The notes under the pieces: generated by a model | Databases searched by the model: none | Told to the model about the DNA's origin: nothing | What the model saw: the letters and a program-made list of their open reading frames with translations, nothing else | Shown: piece after piece, positions 36,389 through 45,963 of the stretch | Position numbering within the stretch: the first letter of the stretch is position 1 | Layout: each line of letters starts with the position of its first letter | Position numbers and translations under genes: made by a program | Assembly (NCBI GenBank): GCA_036406675.1 | Contig: DASXAO010000089.1 | Location: 1,419 to 65,418, forward strand | DNA length: 64,000 nt | Direction of reading: 5' to 3' | Source: Burkholderiales bacterium | Lineage (GTDB): Bacteria; Pseudomonadota; Gammaproteobacteria; Burkholderiales; SG8-39

Positions 36389-36934
36389 CCGGCCGTAAAG
36401 CATGCTCGCCGCGCTGCGCTTCGCCCAGCGCAGGAGCGGCGGCGCGCTCGCCGCGAGATCGCTCCACTTGCGGTCGCTGACGAGCAGCGTGCACGAGCCG
36501 TCGGCGGCCGCGGTCGCAAGCACGAGCTGCTCGCGCTGGTGCGCGACTTCGGCGAACGCAGCCTCCACCGGCCCGCCGCGCGCGAGTCCCCGGAATTCGA
36601 GCAGCGCCGCGCCTTCGCCGTCGGCGCGGAACCAGTCGAGCAGCGCGTGCAGCGCCGCCTGCTCCCAGCCCAGGCGCAGGAGCGGCGTGCAGGACCTCAG
36701 CGCCACGAGGGGCAGGCCCTGGTAGAGCGCGGGCGCGCCGAACGGGACCAGCGCGGCGAGCTTGCCGCGGCCGCGCGCGCCGGTCCACACGAGCACGCAG
36801 CGCGTGCCCTCGTGGCGCGGCTGGTCCAGGCGCGAGTTTTCCGCGCAGTGAAGGGCGAGATCCGCGCAGTCGGCCGCGACCGCCGAAAGGTCGCTGCGCT
36901 GTCGCAGCACGGTCACGCTGAAGGCCCCGTCCAT
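36377..36934 (-). CDS. Hypothetical protein (185 aa)
   Basis: Only the last 185 codons of the 707-aa ORF are free of the DUF445 gene, which lies in another frame. Faint resemblance to the N-terminal half of CelD/BioF2-like GNAT proteins, not verified. Confidence 0.4.
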   Translation of the reverse strand: MDGAFSVTVLRQRSDLSAVAADCADLALHCAENSRLDQPRHEGTRCVLVWTGARGRGKLAALVPFGAPALYQGLPLVALRSCTPLLRLGWEQAALHALLDWFRADGEGAALLEFRGLARGGPVEAAFAEVAHQREQLVLATAAADGSCTLLVSDRKWSDLAASAPPLLRWAKRSAASMLYGRLDL

Positions 36935-36996
36935 TCCGTACGCGCAGCAATGGCGGTGCCTCGCGGCGACGCATGGTCCATCCGGCCCATGCGCGC

Positions 36997-38241
36997 CTAG
37001 GACAGGAGCTGAGTCAGGGCGGCGATCGCGAGGCCTGCCAGGGCGCCGACGACCGTGCCGTTGATGCGGATGTACTGAAGATCGGGCCCGATGTGGCGCT
37101 CCAGCTCGGCCACCAGCTTCTCCTGCTGCCACGACAGGATCTGGTCCTCGATGAAGCGGCCGAACTTGGCGCGGTGCTCCTCCACGAGCGAGGGCAGCGC
37201 GGAAAGAATCTGCTCGTCGATCCACGCGCGGATCGCCGGATCGGCGTCGAGCTTCTCGCCGAGCTCGACGATGAGGCCGGGCAGGCGTCCGCGCATGCCG
37301 CCGGGCAGCCAGGCGCGAAACGCGTCCCACAGGCCGCCGACATAGCCGGCGAGGGCCGGATTGTCGAGCGCGTCGTCGCGCATCCGGTGGATCTTCGCGC
37401 GCGTGGCCGGATCGCTCTTCAGGCGCTCGATGAAGCGGCGCACGAAGGCGTCGAAGCGCGCGCGCAGCTCGTGCTCGCGGTCGCGCCTCACGTCCGACAC
37501 CTTCTTGAGCGCGACGTCTACGATCTTCAGCGCCGCGCGCTCGTCGAGCTTGAGGTCGAGCATCTGGTTGATGACGCGCAGCAGCGCGGGCGAGCTCTTG
37601 CGCACCTCTTCCGCGATGAAACGCCGCGTGGCCTCGCGCGCAAGAAGCTCGTCGAGCCCCGCGAGCGCCTCGTCGAGAAGCGCGTGGTGGCGTTCGTTTT
37701 CCGTCAGAACGTCGAGCAGCTGGGCGAGGGCGGCGGCGACGTCGGCCCGCCCGAGCGCATCCGTGACGGTGCGGGCGAGAAAGGCGCGCACCCGCTCGTC
37801 GTCGACCGCGCTCAGCGCGTAGCTCACCAGCCGCGTCGCGTAGGCGGCGAGCGTCTCCGCGTTCTCGCGCCGGATCAGCCAGCGGCATAGCGTTTCCGCG
37901 GGGCGAAGCGCGGCGATGCGGGCCACCACCGCCGCCGAGCTGAGGAAGTTCTGCTGGATGAACTGCGAGAGGCCTTCGGCGATGCGCGCCTTGTTGCGCG
38001 GCAGGATGGCGGTGTGCGGGATGAAGCGCAGGTTGAGCGGATGGTGGAACAGCGCAACGACCGCGAACCAGTCCGCGATGGCGCCGATCATGGCCGCCTC
38101 GGCCGCGGCCGCGACGTAGTGAAGCCAGGGCCTCCCGGGCTCCAGGGCGCGCGCCGCGACGTAGACCGCGCCGGCGAAGACGAGCAGCCCGGTCGCGAGG
38201 AGCTTCATGCGTTGGAGTTTGTTCATTTTCGAGGGACGCAA
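36997..38241 (-). CDS. DUF445 (YjiN-like) membrane protein
   Basis: N-terminal TM, GAIADWFAVVALFHHPL block, long helical middle and C-terminal INGTVVGALAGLAIA TM. The start could be ATG 38226. Confidence 0.75.
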   Translation of the reverse strand: MRPSKMNKLQRMKLLATGLLVFAGAVYVAARALEPGRPWLHYVAAAAEAAMIGAIADWFAVVALFHHPLNLRFIPHTAILPRNKARIAEGLSQFIQQNFLSSAAVVARIAALRPAETLCRWLIRRENAETLAAYATRLVSYALSAVDDERVRAFLARTVTDALGRADVAAALAQLLDVLTENERHHALLDEALAGLDELLAREATRRFIAEEVRKSSPALLRVINQMLDLKLDERAALKIVDVALKKVSDVRRDREHELRARFDAFVRRFIERLKSDPATRAKIHRMRDDALDNPALAGYVGGLWDAFRAWLPGGMRGRLPGLIVELGEKLDADPAIRAWIDEQILSALPSLVEEHRAKFGRFIEDQILSWQQEKLVAELERHIGPDLQYIRINGTVVGALAGLAIAALTQLLS

Positions 38242-38322
38242 AAAGAAATCGGGTCAGGGCGGCTGCCCTGACCCGATTGTGAACCACTGCGGCCGGCGCT
38301 CTCGACGCCGCTTTTGACGCCG

Positions 38323-38712
38323 CTACTGGCTGCGCTCGAAAGGATCTGTGGCGTCGAACCGGTCCCACGCCGCCCGCGCGGCATGGCGGTTGCGATCCCA
38401 GCCCAGCCGCGAGCCGCGGTGTTCGCGCTCGTATGCGGCTCTCAGCTCGGGCTCGACCTCGTCGAAGCGGCGGCCTTCGTGGCGGGCGCGGCCTTCCCAT
38501 CCGGCTCGGTAGCCAGGGTGGTAGTCGTCATAGGTCATCCCGGCCTCGTAGTAGGGCTGGCTGGCGTAGTTCTCCCGCCAATAGGCCTCCTCGCCGGCGG
38601 GATCGAGCATCTCGGCGATACCCCGGGCGCCCGGGCCGCCCACCGGCTGCGCGCGCCGCTCGAAACCGCTGCGCCGCTCCGCGTTTCTACGCTCGGGTGT
38701 AAACCCTGCCAT
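38323..38712 (-). CDS. Hypothetical Arg/Tyr/Trp-rich protein (129 aa)
   Basis: Good G/C third-position bias. Repeated aromatic motif (YWRENYASQPYY, YDDYHPGYRAGWEG). No family name recalled. Confidence 0.5.
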   Translation of the reverse strand: MAGFTPERRNAERRSGFERRAQPVGGPGARGIAEMLDPAGEEAYWRENYASQPYYEAGMTYDDYHPGYRAGWEGRARHEGRRFDEVEPELRAAYEREHRGSRLGWDRNRHAARAAWDRFDATDPFERSQ

Positions 38713-38779
38713 CGCGACTTCTCCTATGCAAAAAGCTGCTGTTCAATCGTGTCCGATACGCCGCAAAATACGTGCCGCC

Positions 38780-39853
38780 ATGAAAATCACTTCCATCGAG
38801 ACCTGCCTTCTCACGATCCCCACGCCACGGCCGATATCGACCGAGTGGCCGCACCACAAGTTCGTCGTCGCCGACATCGAGACCGACGAAGGCGTGCGCG
38901 GCCAGGGCTACAGCATGGTGTTCGGCGGCGGCGGCGCGGAAGCCGTGCTGGCGTACCTCGATGCGCGGCTCAAGGGCCTGCTGATCGGCGAGGATCCGCT
39001 CCAGGTCGAGCGCCTGTGGGACAAGATGTACCGCGGCGACCGCGGCGTGCGGCGAGTCGGCATCGCCGGCATGGCGATCTCCGCGCTCGACATCGCGCTG
39101 TGGGATCTCGCCGGCAAGGCGGCCGGGCTGCCGCTCTACAGGCTGTGGGGCGGCTACACCGACCGCGTGAGCGCCTACGGCAGCGGCGGCTGGGGCAAGT
39201 ACACCGAGGCGGAGCTCATCGCCGAGGCGGAGCGGTATGCCGCCGCCGGCTGCCGGTACTACAAGATGAAGATCCACCATCCGGACCCGAAGGTGAACCG
39301 AGCGCGGGTCGAAGCGGTGCGCAAGGCGCTGCCGGGCATGCGCATGATGGTGGACGTGAACCAGAAGCTCGACCTCGAAGGCAACCGCCGCCAGGCGGCG
39401 CTGCTCGAGGAGTTCGACCTGGTGTGGTACGAGGAGCCGGTGCTGGCGGACGACCTGGCGCTGTGCGAAGAGGTGGCGAAGGCGATCCGCATTCCGGTCG
39501 CCACCGGCGAAAACAACTACACGCGCTACGAGTTCCGCGAGCTGATCGAGCGCAAGGCCGCGCGCTACCTGATGCCCGACGTGTGCCGCGCCAACGGCTA
39601 CAGCGAGACGCTGAAGATCGGCCACCTCGCCGCGGCCCACGGCATCGCGGTTGCGCCGCACGTCGTGCACGAGCTCTCGATCCAGGTGTGCGGCGCGCTG
39701 TCCAACGGCTTCCTGGTCGAGTACATGGACTGGGCGCCGAAGGACCTGTTCGAGGAGCTTCCGCCCTGCAAGGACGGCGAGTTCCGGATCCCCGCGAAGC
39801 CCGGGCATGGCATCGCCATCACCAAGGAAGCGCTGAAGAAATACCGGACCTGA
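38780..39853 (+). CDS. Enolase-superfamily enzyme (mandelate racemase / muconate lactonizing enzyme family)
   Basis: MKITSIE start. ISALDIALWDLAGKAAGLPLYRLWGG, MVDVNQ, WYEEP and ATGEN metal-ligand blocks. Confidence 0.9.
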   Translation: MKITSIETCLLTIPTPRPISTEWPHHKFVVADIETDEGVRGQGYSMVFGGGGAEAVLAYLDARLKGLLIGEDPLQVERLWDKMYRGDRGVRRVGIAGMAISALDIALWDLAGKAAGLPLYRLWGGYTDRVSAYGSGGWGKYTEAELIAEAERYAAAGCRYYKMKIHHPDPKVNRARVEAVRKALPGMRMMVDVNQKLDLEGNRRQAALLEEFDLVWYEEPVLADDLALCEEVAKAIRIPVATGENNYTRYEFRELIERKAARYLMPDVCRANGYSETLKIGHLAAAHGIAVAPHVVHELSIQVCGALSNGFLVEYMDWAPKDLFEELPPCKDGEFRIPAKPGHGIAITKEALKKYRT

Positions 39854-39934
39854 AACAGGGACGGACCATGTTTCCCTTCGGGGAAAATTCGTGGTCCGCC
39901 CTGATTTCTTGTTCTTCTTGCTTCTTGTTCGTGC

Positions 39935-40594
39935 TTAGCCTCGCGCCAGAATCGCGTCCAGGCGGTCGAGGTTGTTGATCACGCGCCACTCGCGCGCGCC
40001 CGCGGTCTCGACCCGCTTCTGCCAGGCCTCGAGGCGGCCCATGTACTTGCGCGGATCGATGTTGTCGGTCTTCAGCTTCACCACGTTGACCGCCACCACC
40101 CGGATGCCCTTGAGGGTGATCGGGAAGTCGCGCTGCGTCACCTTGTCGAGCTCCTCCTGCATGTCGGAGAAGATGATGATGGTCTTGCTGCCGGCGCCGG
40201 TCTCGTTCAGAAACTCGGCGCCCTGGATGAGCCCGCCGGTGATGTCGGTATAGCGGCTACCCGACACCGCGCGGAACGAGTTCTCGATGCGCTCCCGGAA
40301 CGCGCGCTTCTGCGCGTTCTCCTGGGAGGGCCGGGAGTCGAAGGTGGCCTTGGCGACGATGTCCTTCTCGCTGAAGCTGCGGCTCTGCACCCGCGCCACG
40401 GCGAGCGAATCGCCCGCCTGGAGCGACCCAAGCAGGTAGTTGATGATCACCTGCGCCTTGCCGGCTTCCTGGGCGTAGGTGCCCGAGGTGTCGACCAGCA
40501 TGTAGACCGCGTGCGTGTGGCTGCGCGAATCGACGCAGCCGGTGGCGGCCAGCACGGCCGCGGGCAGCGCGGCCAGGAAGTGGCGTCTTTTCAT
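39935..40594 (-). CDS. Tat-type lipoprotein with vWA-like (MIDAS) domain
   Basis: MKRRHFLAALPAAVLAATGC (twin-Arg plus lipobox). YMLVDTSGT (DxSxT), TDITGGL and IIIFSDMQ, in the order expected for a MIDAS site. Confidence 0.7.
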   Translation of the reverse strand: MKRRHFLAALPAAVLAATGCVDSRSHTHAVYMLVDTSGTYAQEAGKAQVIINYLLGSLQAGDSLAVARVQSRSFSEKDIVAKATFDSRPSQENAQKRAFRERIENSFRAVSGSRYTDITGGLIQGAEFLNETGAGSKTIIIFSDMQEELDKVTQRDFPITLKGIRVVAVNVVKLKTDNIDPRKYMGRLEAWQKRVETAGAREWRVINNLDRLDAILARG

Positions 40595-40606
40595 GTCGGC
40601 TCTCCC

Positions 40607-42055
40607 TTAGGCGTGGGTGCGCTCGAGGTCGACGTCGACGTCGAGCTTGGAGGGACGCTCCGAGCGCGAGCCCTTCCACATGCGCTCGGCCATCAGCGGC
40701 ACCACGATGAAGACGTCGTAAAGCTTGATCAGCACGCGGCTCGTCTGCCGGGCGACGTTGCCCAGCACCCGCATCAGGAACGCAGCCGAGCGCAGCAGCG
40801 CCAGCACGAACACGCCGCCCACGGTGCGGCTGGAATGGATCACCGACTCGAGCGGGATGGCGATGAACGCGAGCGCGAAAGGCAGGATGAAGCCGAGCAG
40901 CATCTGGCCCGCGGTCGGGATGCTCGACATCCAGCCATCGTGCGTCTGCGCCTGCACGGTGGAGAGCGACTGCAGCAGCGCCTGCTTGTCGGCGATCAGC
41001 ATGTCGCGCATCAGGGCGAGCGCCGCTTCGACGCCGGCCAGGATGACGAGCAGCGTGAGCGCGATCCATAGCATGCGCGTGCGCAGCCGGTCGTTCAGGT
41101 TGGCGATGCGCGGGAAAAGGTGCGTGATCCTCAGCGCCTCGAGCAGGAACAGGCCCATCGAGGCCTCGACGAAGATGATCACCAGCGCGGCCACCTCGGA
41201 GGTGCGCAGCGTGCTCGTGATGTAGTCGCCCGCCCCCACCATCTCGGACATCGGCAGCGCGATCAGCTTGAAGTTGATGAAGGCGCCGCCCGCGGCCACG
41301 CACATGACGAGGAGCGAGGTCGCGAACTGGGTGAACCCCGACACCGTGAGCGCGTGCTGCGCCTTGTCGGTGCCTTCGTTGATCTGCTCGTAGATCGCCA
41401 TGTGGGCGTCGACGGTGCGCACGTTGGCCTGCAGGCGCGCCATGTTCTGCTCGACCTGGACCAGGTTCTTGTCCACCGAGCGCCAGAACGGCATGAAGCT
41501 CTCGAGGATCTTGTGGCGCCGCTCGTACGAGCGGCGGTAGTCGGCGAGCGTCTTGTCGTGGATCGAGGTGATCGAGCGCTTGATCTCCTCGAGCACCCGC
41601 AGCACCAGCTCGTTGCCGCCGGTCTTGACGTTGGCGACCGCGGCGACCGCCTCGGTCCACTCCGGGGGCGGCGGCGGAACCTCGCCGCACTTCTTGTAGT
41701 CCTCCTCGATGCGGGTGATCTCGTCGAGGAGCTTCCTCTGCAGCGCCGGGTAGCCCTGCAGCTCGCGCTGCACGATCACGCCCAGGCGCTCGAACTCGCG
41801 CTCCACGCGCTGCCCGACCTCGTGCTTGCCGTGGGCGAGCAGCACCGCCTTGTTGCGGGCCTGCACTTCGGCCGCGGCCGCGAGCAGCCAGCGCGCCGCC
41901 ATGCGCAGCGGCCCGCTCAGGGTGTGGCCGACGGAGCGGAGCAGGCCGTGCATCGGCGCGCGCGCCGCGTACATGAAGGCCATGGCGAGCAGCGCCACGG
42001 CGAGAAACGAAACCGCGAAATTCTCGGGCCAGATCATCCAGGCTTGCGAACTCAT
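40607..42055 (-). CDS. Uncharacterised polytopic membrane protein with a long coiled-coil segment (482 aa)
   Basis: Start set at ATG 42055 (MSSQAWMIW). One N-terminal TM, about 200 residues of heptad-like charged sequence including PPPPPEW, then at least four TM segments. 12-nt gap to the vWA lipoprotein gene. Confidence 0.65.
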   Translation of the reverse strand: MSSQAWMIWPENFAVSFLAVALLAMAFMYAARAPMHGLLRSVGHTLSGPLRMAARWLLAAAAEVQARNKAVLLAHGKHEVGQRVEREFERLGVIVQRELQGYPALQRKLLDEITRIEEDYKKCGEVPPPPPEWTEAVAAVANVKTGGNELVLRVLEEIKRSITSIHDKTLADYRRSYERRHKILESFMPFWRSVDKNLVQVEQNMARLQANVRTVDAHMAIYEQINEGTDKAQHALTVSGFTQFATSLLVMCVAAGGAFINFKLIALPMSEMVGAGDYITSTLRTSEVAALVIIFVEASMGLFLLEALRITHLFPRIANLNDRLRTRMLWIALTLLVILAGVEAALALMRDMLIADKQALLQSLSTVQAQTHDGWMSSIPTAGQMLLGFILPFALAFIAIPLESVIHSSRTVGGVFVLALLRSAAFLMRVLGNVARQTSRVLIKLYDVFIVVPLMAERMWKGSRSERPSKLDVDVDLERTHA

Positions 42056-42207
42056 GGGACTCTCCCCTTTTTGCGTCTTACAAGTTAAAACAGAATGCCC
42101 GCCGGGCGCTCGACAATCTGTTGTTTTTGAGGAACTATGCCCCCGGCTGGGCGAGGAAAATCTCCTTTCTGTTGGCAATTCGAGACGCGCGAAAAAACGG
42201 ATGAAAA

Positions 42208-43230
42208 ATGCTCATTGAAACCACGGTCGTCGGCAGCTACCCGCAACCCAACTGGCTCATCCACCGCGATCGCCTGGGCTCGAAAGTGCCGCGCGTGCGT
42301 GCGCCGGAAATCTGGAAGGTCGAAGAAAAATGCCTGGAGGAGGCGCAGGACGACGCCACCCTGATCGCGATCCGCGACATGGAGCGCGCCGGCCTCGACA
42401 TCATCACCGACGGCGAGATGCGGCGCGAGAGCTACTCGAACCGCTTCGCCACCGCGCTCCAGGGCGTCGACATCGTCAATCCCGGAACCACGATCAACCG
42501 CAGCGGCGGACAATCCGTGGTGCCGCGCATAGCAGGTCCTGTGAAAAGGGCCCGACCCATCGAAATCAGGGACGTGGAGTTCCTGCGGCGCAGCACCACG
42601 AAGCGCATCAAGATCACCCTGCCGGGTCCCTTCACCATGACGCAGCAGGCGCAGGACGACTATTACCGCGACGAGGAAGCCCTCGCGATGGCGTTCGCCG
42701 CCGCAGTCAACGAGGAAATGCGCGACCTCAAGGCCGCCGGCGCCGACGTGATCCAGCTCGACGAGCCGTGGCTCCAGGCGCGTGCCGACCGCGCCGCGCG
42801 CTATGGCGTCAAGGCGATCAACCGCGCCCTGCAGGGCATCGAGGGAACCACGGTGGTGCATCTTTGCTTCGGCTACGCCGCCGCCGTCAAGGGCAAGCCG
42901 AGCGGCTATTCCTTCCTGCCGCAGCTCGCCGACACGACCGCGTCGCAGATCTCCATCGAGGCGGCGCAGCCGCGCCTCGACCTTGCGGTTCTAAGCGAGC
43001 TGGGGAAAAAGACGGTGATGCTGGGGGTCATCGATCTCGGCACCACGGAAGTCGAAACGCCGCAAACCGTCGCCGAGCGCATCCGCGCCGGCCTGAAGCA
43101 CGTTCCGGCCGAGCGGCTCGTGGTCGCGCCCGACTGCGGCATGAAGTACCTCTCGCGCGACGTCGCCTTCTCCAAGCTGGTATCCCTAGTGGAGGGCGCG
43201 AAGATGGTTCGAACGGAAATCGGGGTCTGA
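42208..43230 (+). CDS. Cobalamin-independent methionine synthase (MetE C-terminal domain-like) family protein
   Basis: TTVVGSYPQP, DIITDGEMRRESY, IQLDEPW, VHLCFGY and APDCGMKY (Zn-ligand Cys) blocks. 340 aa short form. Confidence 0.85.
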   Translation: MLIETTVVGSYPQPNWLIHRDRLGSKVPRVRAPEIWKVEEKCLEEAQDDATLIAIRDMERAGLDIITDGEMRRESYSNRFATALQGVDIVNPGTTINRSGGQSVVPRIAGPVKRARPIEIRDVEFLRRSTTKRIKITLPGPFTMTQQAQDDYYRDEEALAMAFAAAVNEEMRDLKAAGADVIQLDEPWLQARADRAARYGVKAINRALQGIEGTTVVHLCFGYAAAVKGKPSGYSFLPQLADTTASQISIEAAQPRLDLAVLSELGKKTVMLGVIDLGTTEVETPQTVAERIRAGLKHVPAERLVVAPDCGMKYLSRDVAFSKLVSLVEGAKMVRTEIGV

Positions 43231-43245
43231 CCCTGATTCTTTTCT

Positions 43246-44337
43246 TCAGCAGCCCCGCGTGTAGTACCAGAGCGCCGGGCCGAGCTTGGCGCCGCGCCAG
43301 CGCACCCATCCCTCGTACTCCTTGACGCGCGTCGGCTTGGGATCGGCGCAATAGTTCGACGGCAGGGAAACGCGCACCCGCGCCCAGTCGCCGCGGAAAG
43401 CGAGCGGCTGGATTCCGTAGAGGTTGGGGTCGGCCGGAATGTTGGCGATGGCGGGAGCCTCGTTGGAAGGCGCCTTGCGCAAGACTCGCGGCGACTGGAC
43501 CCGGAAGTAGAGCGGCACCGCCGCCGCCAGCAGCTTTTCCCACGGCTCGTATTCGAGCCGCGGCGTGGCCGCGTCGAGATGGCAGCGGTGCACCCAGCCG
43601 GCCCCGGAGGCGAGCGGGCCGCCGAAGCGGATCTGCAGCCAGCCGTCCGGCCGCGCCTGGAGCACGATGAAGCTTCCGGTCTCGTAGCCGGTCTCGACGA
43701 GAACATCGCCGCCGATCGAGCCGGGCGTGAGCCAGATTTTCACCTCGCCGCCGGGGGCGGTGAACACCGGGAGCTTGAGCCGGCGCGGCCAGTCGTCTCG
43801 CTCCTCCTCGCGCACCGGGCGCACGTGGCCGACGCCGAGAGGAAGGTCGGGATCGTAGCCGTACAGCGGCTCGTACGGCGAAGGGTCGGCCTCTTCGACC
43901 GCCGCCAGCGCCGCCGGCCGCGGCGGATGCGCGATGCCTTCGCACCCCGCCGTGGCGATCTCGAGCTTGCGCAGGCGGGCAAGCAGCTCGGGCTCCGGAG
44001 TCGCGCGGCCGCAAAGGTTGACCACGCCGCCGAACACGAAATAGACGTGCTCTTCGCCGGCGCTGAAGGCGAAACCGCAGTTCGCTTCGTTGCCCTTCAG
44101 GGCCTCGAGCCGCTCTCCGGTGCCTTTGAACGACTCGATGACCTCGATCCGCGCCTGGCGCAGCGAGAACCGCTCTACGACCCGCCCGTGCACCACGCGC
44201 TCCGCGCGCGCCACGAAGTCGGCCAGACGGGCCGGGCTGGCGCGCGAGATGTCGGTGCAGGCACACGCCGCCGCGCTGGGGGCAGCAAGCGCGCTGGCCA
44301 ATGAAAGCGCCACGGCGGCGGCGATGCGCAGGGTCAT
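43246..44337 (-). CDS. Secreted hypothetical protein (363 aa)
   Basis: Start set at ATG 44337 with signal peptide MTLRIAAAVALSLASALAAPSAAA. The C-terminal part has an SH3b-like flavour (GDWARVRV, GWVRW). Confidence 0.6.
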   Translation of the reverse strand: MTLRIAAAVALSLASALAAPSAAACACTDISRASPARLADFVARAERVVHGRVVERFSLRQARIEVIESFKGTGERLEALKGNEANCGFAFSAGEEHVYFVFGGVVNLCGRATPEPELLARLRKLEIATAGCEGIAHPPRPAALAAVEEADPSPYEPLYGYDPDLPLGVGHVRPVREEERDDWPRRLKLPVFTAPGGEVKIWLTPGSIGGDVLVETGYETGSFIVLQARPDGWLQIRFGGPLASGAGWVHRCHLDAATPRLEYEPWEKLLAAAVPLYFRVQSPRVLRKAPSNEAPAIANIPADPNLYGIQPLAFRGDWARVRVSLPSNYCADPKPTRVKEYEGWVRWRGAKLGPALWYYTRGC

Positions 44338-44365
44338 GCCCGGATCATGCCTGAAGCCCAATAGA

Positions 44366-45574
44366 ATGAATGTGATGAACTTCGACCGCTGCGGCCTCGC
44401 GCTCGACACGGCTTCGTCGCAGGCCGCCGCGGCTTACCGCGTCGGCGTCGATCTGCTGCTTTGCGGATACTCGGGCGCGGAGGCGCGCTTCGCGGAAGCG
44501 CTCGCGCATGACCCGGACTTCGCGCTCGCTCATGCCGCCCTCGCGCGACAACTCCAGATCTACGCCCGGGTTGGGCCGGCGCGCGAAGCCATCGCGCGCG
44601 CCCGGACACTGGCCGCCAGGGCGAGCGCACGCGAAACGGCGCACGTCCGCATTCTCGATCTGGCCATCAACGGACAGGCTGCAGCCGCCCTGTCGGCGCT
44701 GCTGGAGCATCTCGAGGCGCACCCGCGCGACGCGCTCGTCGGCTCCCTCGCGTTCGGTGCCTTCGGTCTCTACGCCTTCAGCGGCCGGGCCGACCACGAC
44801 GCCGCGCGGCTCGCGCTTTCCCGACGGCTCGCGCCGCACTACGGCGAGGACTGGTGGCTCCTCACCCACCTCGGCTGGTCGCACACGGAAGCAGGCGAGC
44901 TCGCCGCCGGCGAGCTCATCACCGCCCGCGCGCTCGAGCTGCGGCGGGAGAACGCCTACGGCGCGCACGCCTACGTTCACTTCTTCGTCGAGGCGGGCAA
45001 GCGGCGCGACGGCGAGCGATTCATCGAAGGCTGGCTGCCCGGCTACGATCGCGGCGGGCTGCTGCATGGCCACATCAACTGGCATCGGGCCCTCTGGCGC
45101 CTGGACGAGGGCGACGCTGCGGGCGCGGCCGCGATCTACGCGGAGGTGCTGCGTCCCGCCGTCAATACTTCGCCGCCGATCAACGTGATCTCCGATTGCG
45201 CCTCGCTGCTGTGGCGCCTTTTACTCAGGAACGAAGCGGCGGAATGGCGCGAGGTCGCCGATTACGGCGAGGAGCGATTTCCGCGGCCGGCGGGGCATTT
45301 CATCGAATGGCATCTCGCGATGGCTGCGGCCGGCGCCGGCCGGCTCGCCGCGCTCGCGCAGCGCCTGGAAACGCTGCCGGAAATGCCGCCAGGGCCGGTG
45401 TTCCGGGCCGCGTGCAGCGCATTCAGGGCGTTCGCGGCCGGCGACTATACGGGCGTGGTCGCGCTGCTCGAGCCGGTGGGGCAGGAATTCAAGCGCATGG
45501 GGGGCAGCGGCGCCCAGCGCCAGGTGCTAGCCGAGACGCTAGCGGCCGCCCGCGCGCGCGCGGCAGCCGGCTAG
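44366..45574 (+). CDS. TPR-like helical repeat protein (TTC38-like)
   Basis: All-alpha Ala/Leu-rich repeats and a HGHINWHRALW block. Start at ATG 44366 or 44375. Confidence 0.65.
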   Translation: MNVMNFDRCGLALDTASSQAAAAYRVGVDLLLCGYSGAEARFAEALAHDPDFALAHAALARQLQIYARVGPAREAIARARTLAARASARETAHVRILDLAINGQAAAALSALLEHLEAHPRDALVGSLAFGAFGLYAFSGRADHDAARLALSRRLAPHYGEDWWLLTHLGWSHTEAGELAAGELITARALELRRENAYGAHAYVHFFVEAGKRRDGERFIEGWLPGYDRGGLLHGHINWHRALWRLDEGDAAGAAAIYAEVLRPAVNTSPPINVISDCASLLWRLLLRNEAAEWREVADYGEERFPRPAGHFIEWHLAMAAAGAGRLAALAQRLETLPEMPPGPVFRAACSAFRAFAAGDYTGVVALLEPVGQEFKRMGGSGAQRQVLAETLAAARARAAAG

Positions 45575-45840
45575 AGCGTTTCCAGCTCGGCTTCTTCGGC
45601 GTCGTCCTCGTCGGTCGGCTGCATCGGCCGGCCGTTGGGCGCGACCAGGCCGAGGACCACCTGCTCCTCCCGCGTGAGGCCGTCCAGCGGACGCAGCCAC
45701 GACAGGAACCGCGACAGCTGCGCAAGGCGCTCCGGATAGGCGCAGCCGCAGGCCTGGGGCCTGAAGCGCACTCCGCTCTGGGCACGTCCGGCCCGCTCGG
45801 GGATCTGCGCGAGTAGCCTTGAAACCGCTCCGTCGTTCAT
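45571..45840 (-). CDS. Hypothetical protein (89 aa) with acidic C-terminus
   Basis: G/C third-position bias is consistent with coding. No family recognised. Confidence 0.35.
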   Translation of the reverse strand: MNDGAVSRLLAQIPERAGRAQSGVRFRPQACGCAYPERLAQLSRFLSWLRPLDGLTREEQVVLGLVAPNGRPMQPTDEDDAEEAELETL

Positions 45841-45963
45841 GTCGCTGCTCCGGAATTGTTGTTGTACGGCCGGCGAAGATTAGCAGTCCTGCGCAAATTT
45901 GCCAGCCGCCGGACATTGGGGCTAGCTGCCCCCGGGGCGCTACGCGCTGTCGCCGAACCCCGG

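Noticed and set aside
36377-38500. 707-aa minus-strand ORF.
   Set aside because: Most of it overlaps the DUF445 gene (36997..38241), which is in another frame and has clear family blocks. Only the last 185 codons were kept, as a low-confidence CDS.
42056-42207. 152-bp AT-richer spacer upstream of the MetE-like gene, examined for a cobalamin or SAM riboswitch.
   Set aside because: It is too short for a cobalamin element. I could not find a B12-box-like or SAM-II-like core by eye. It is also the divergent promoter region for the membrane/vWA pair. A covariance-model scan would be needed to be sure.
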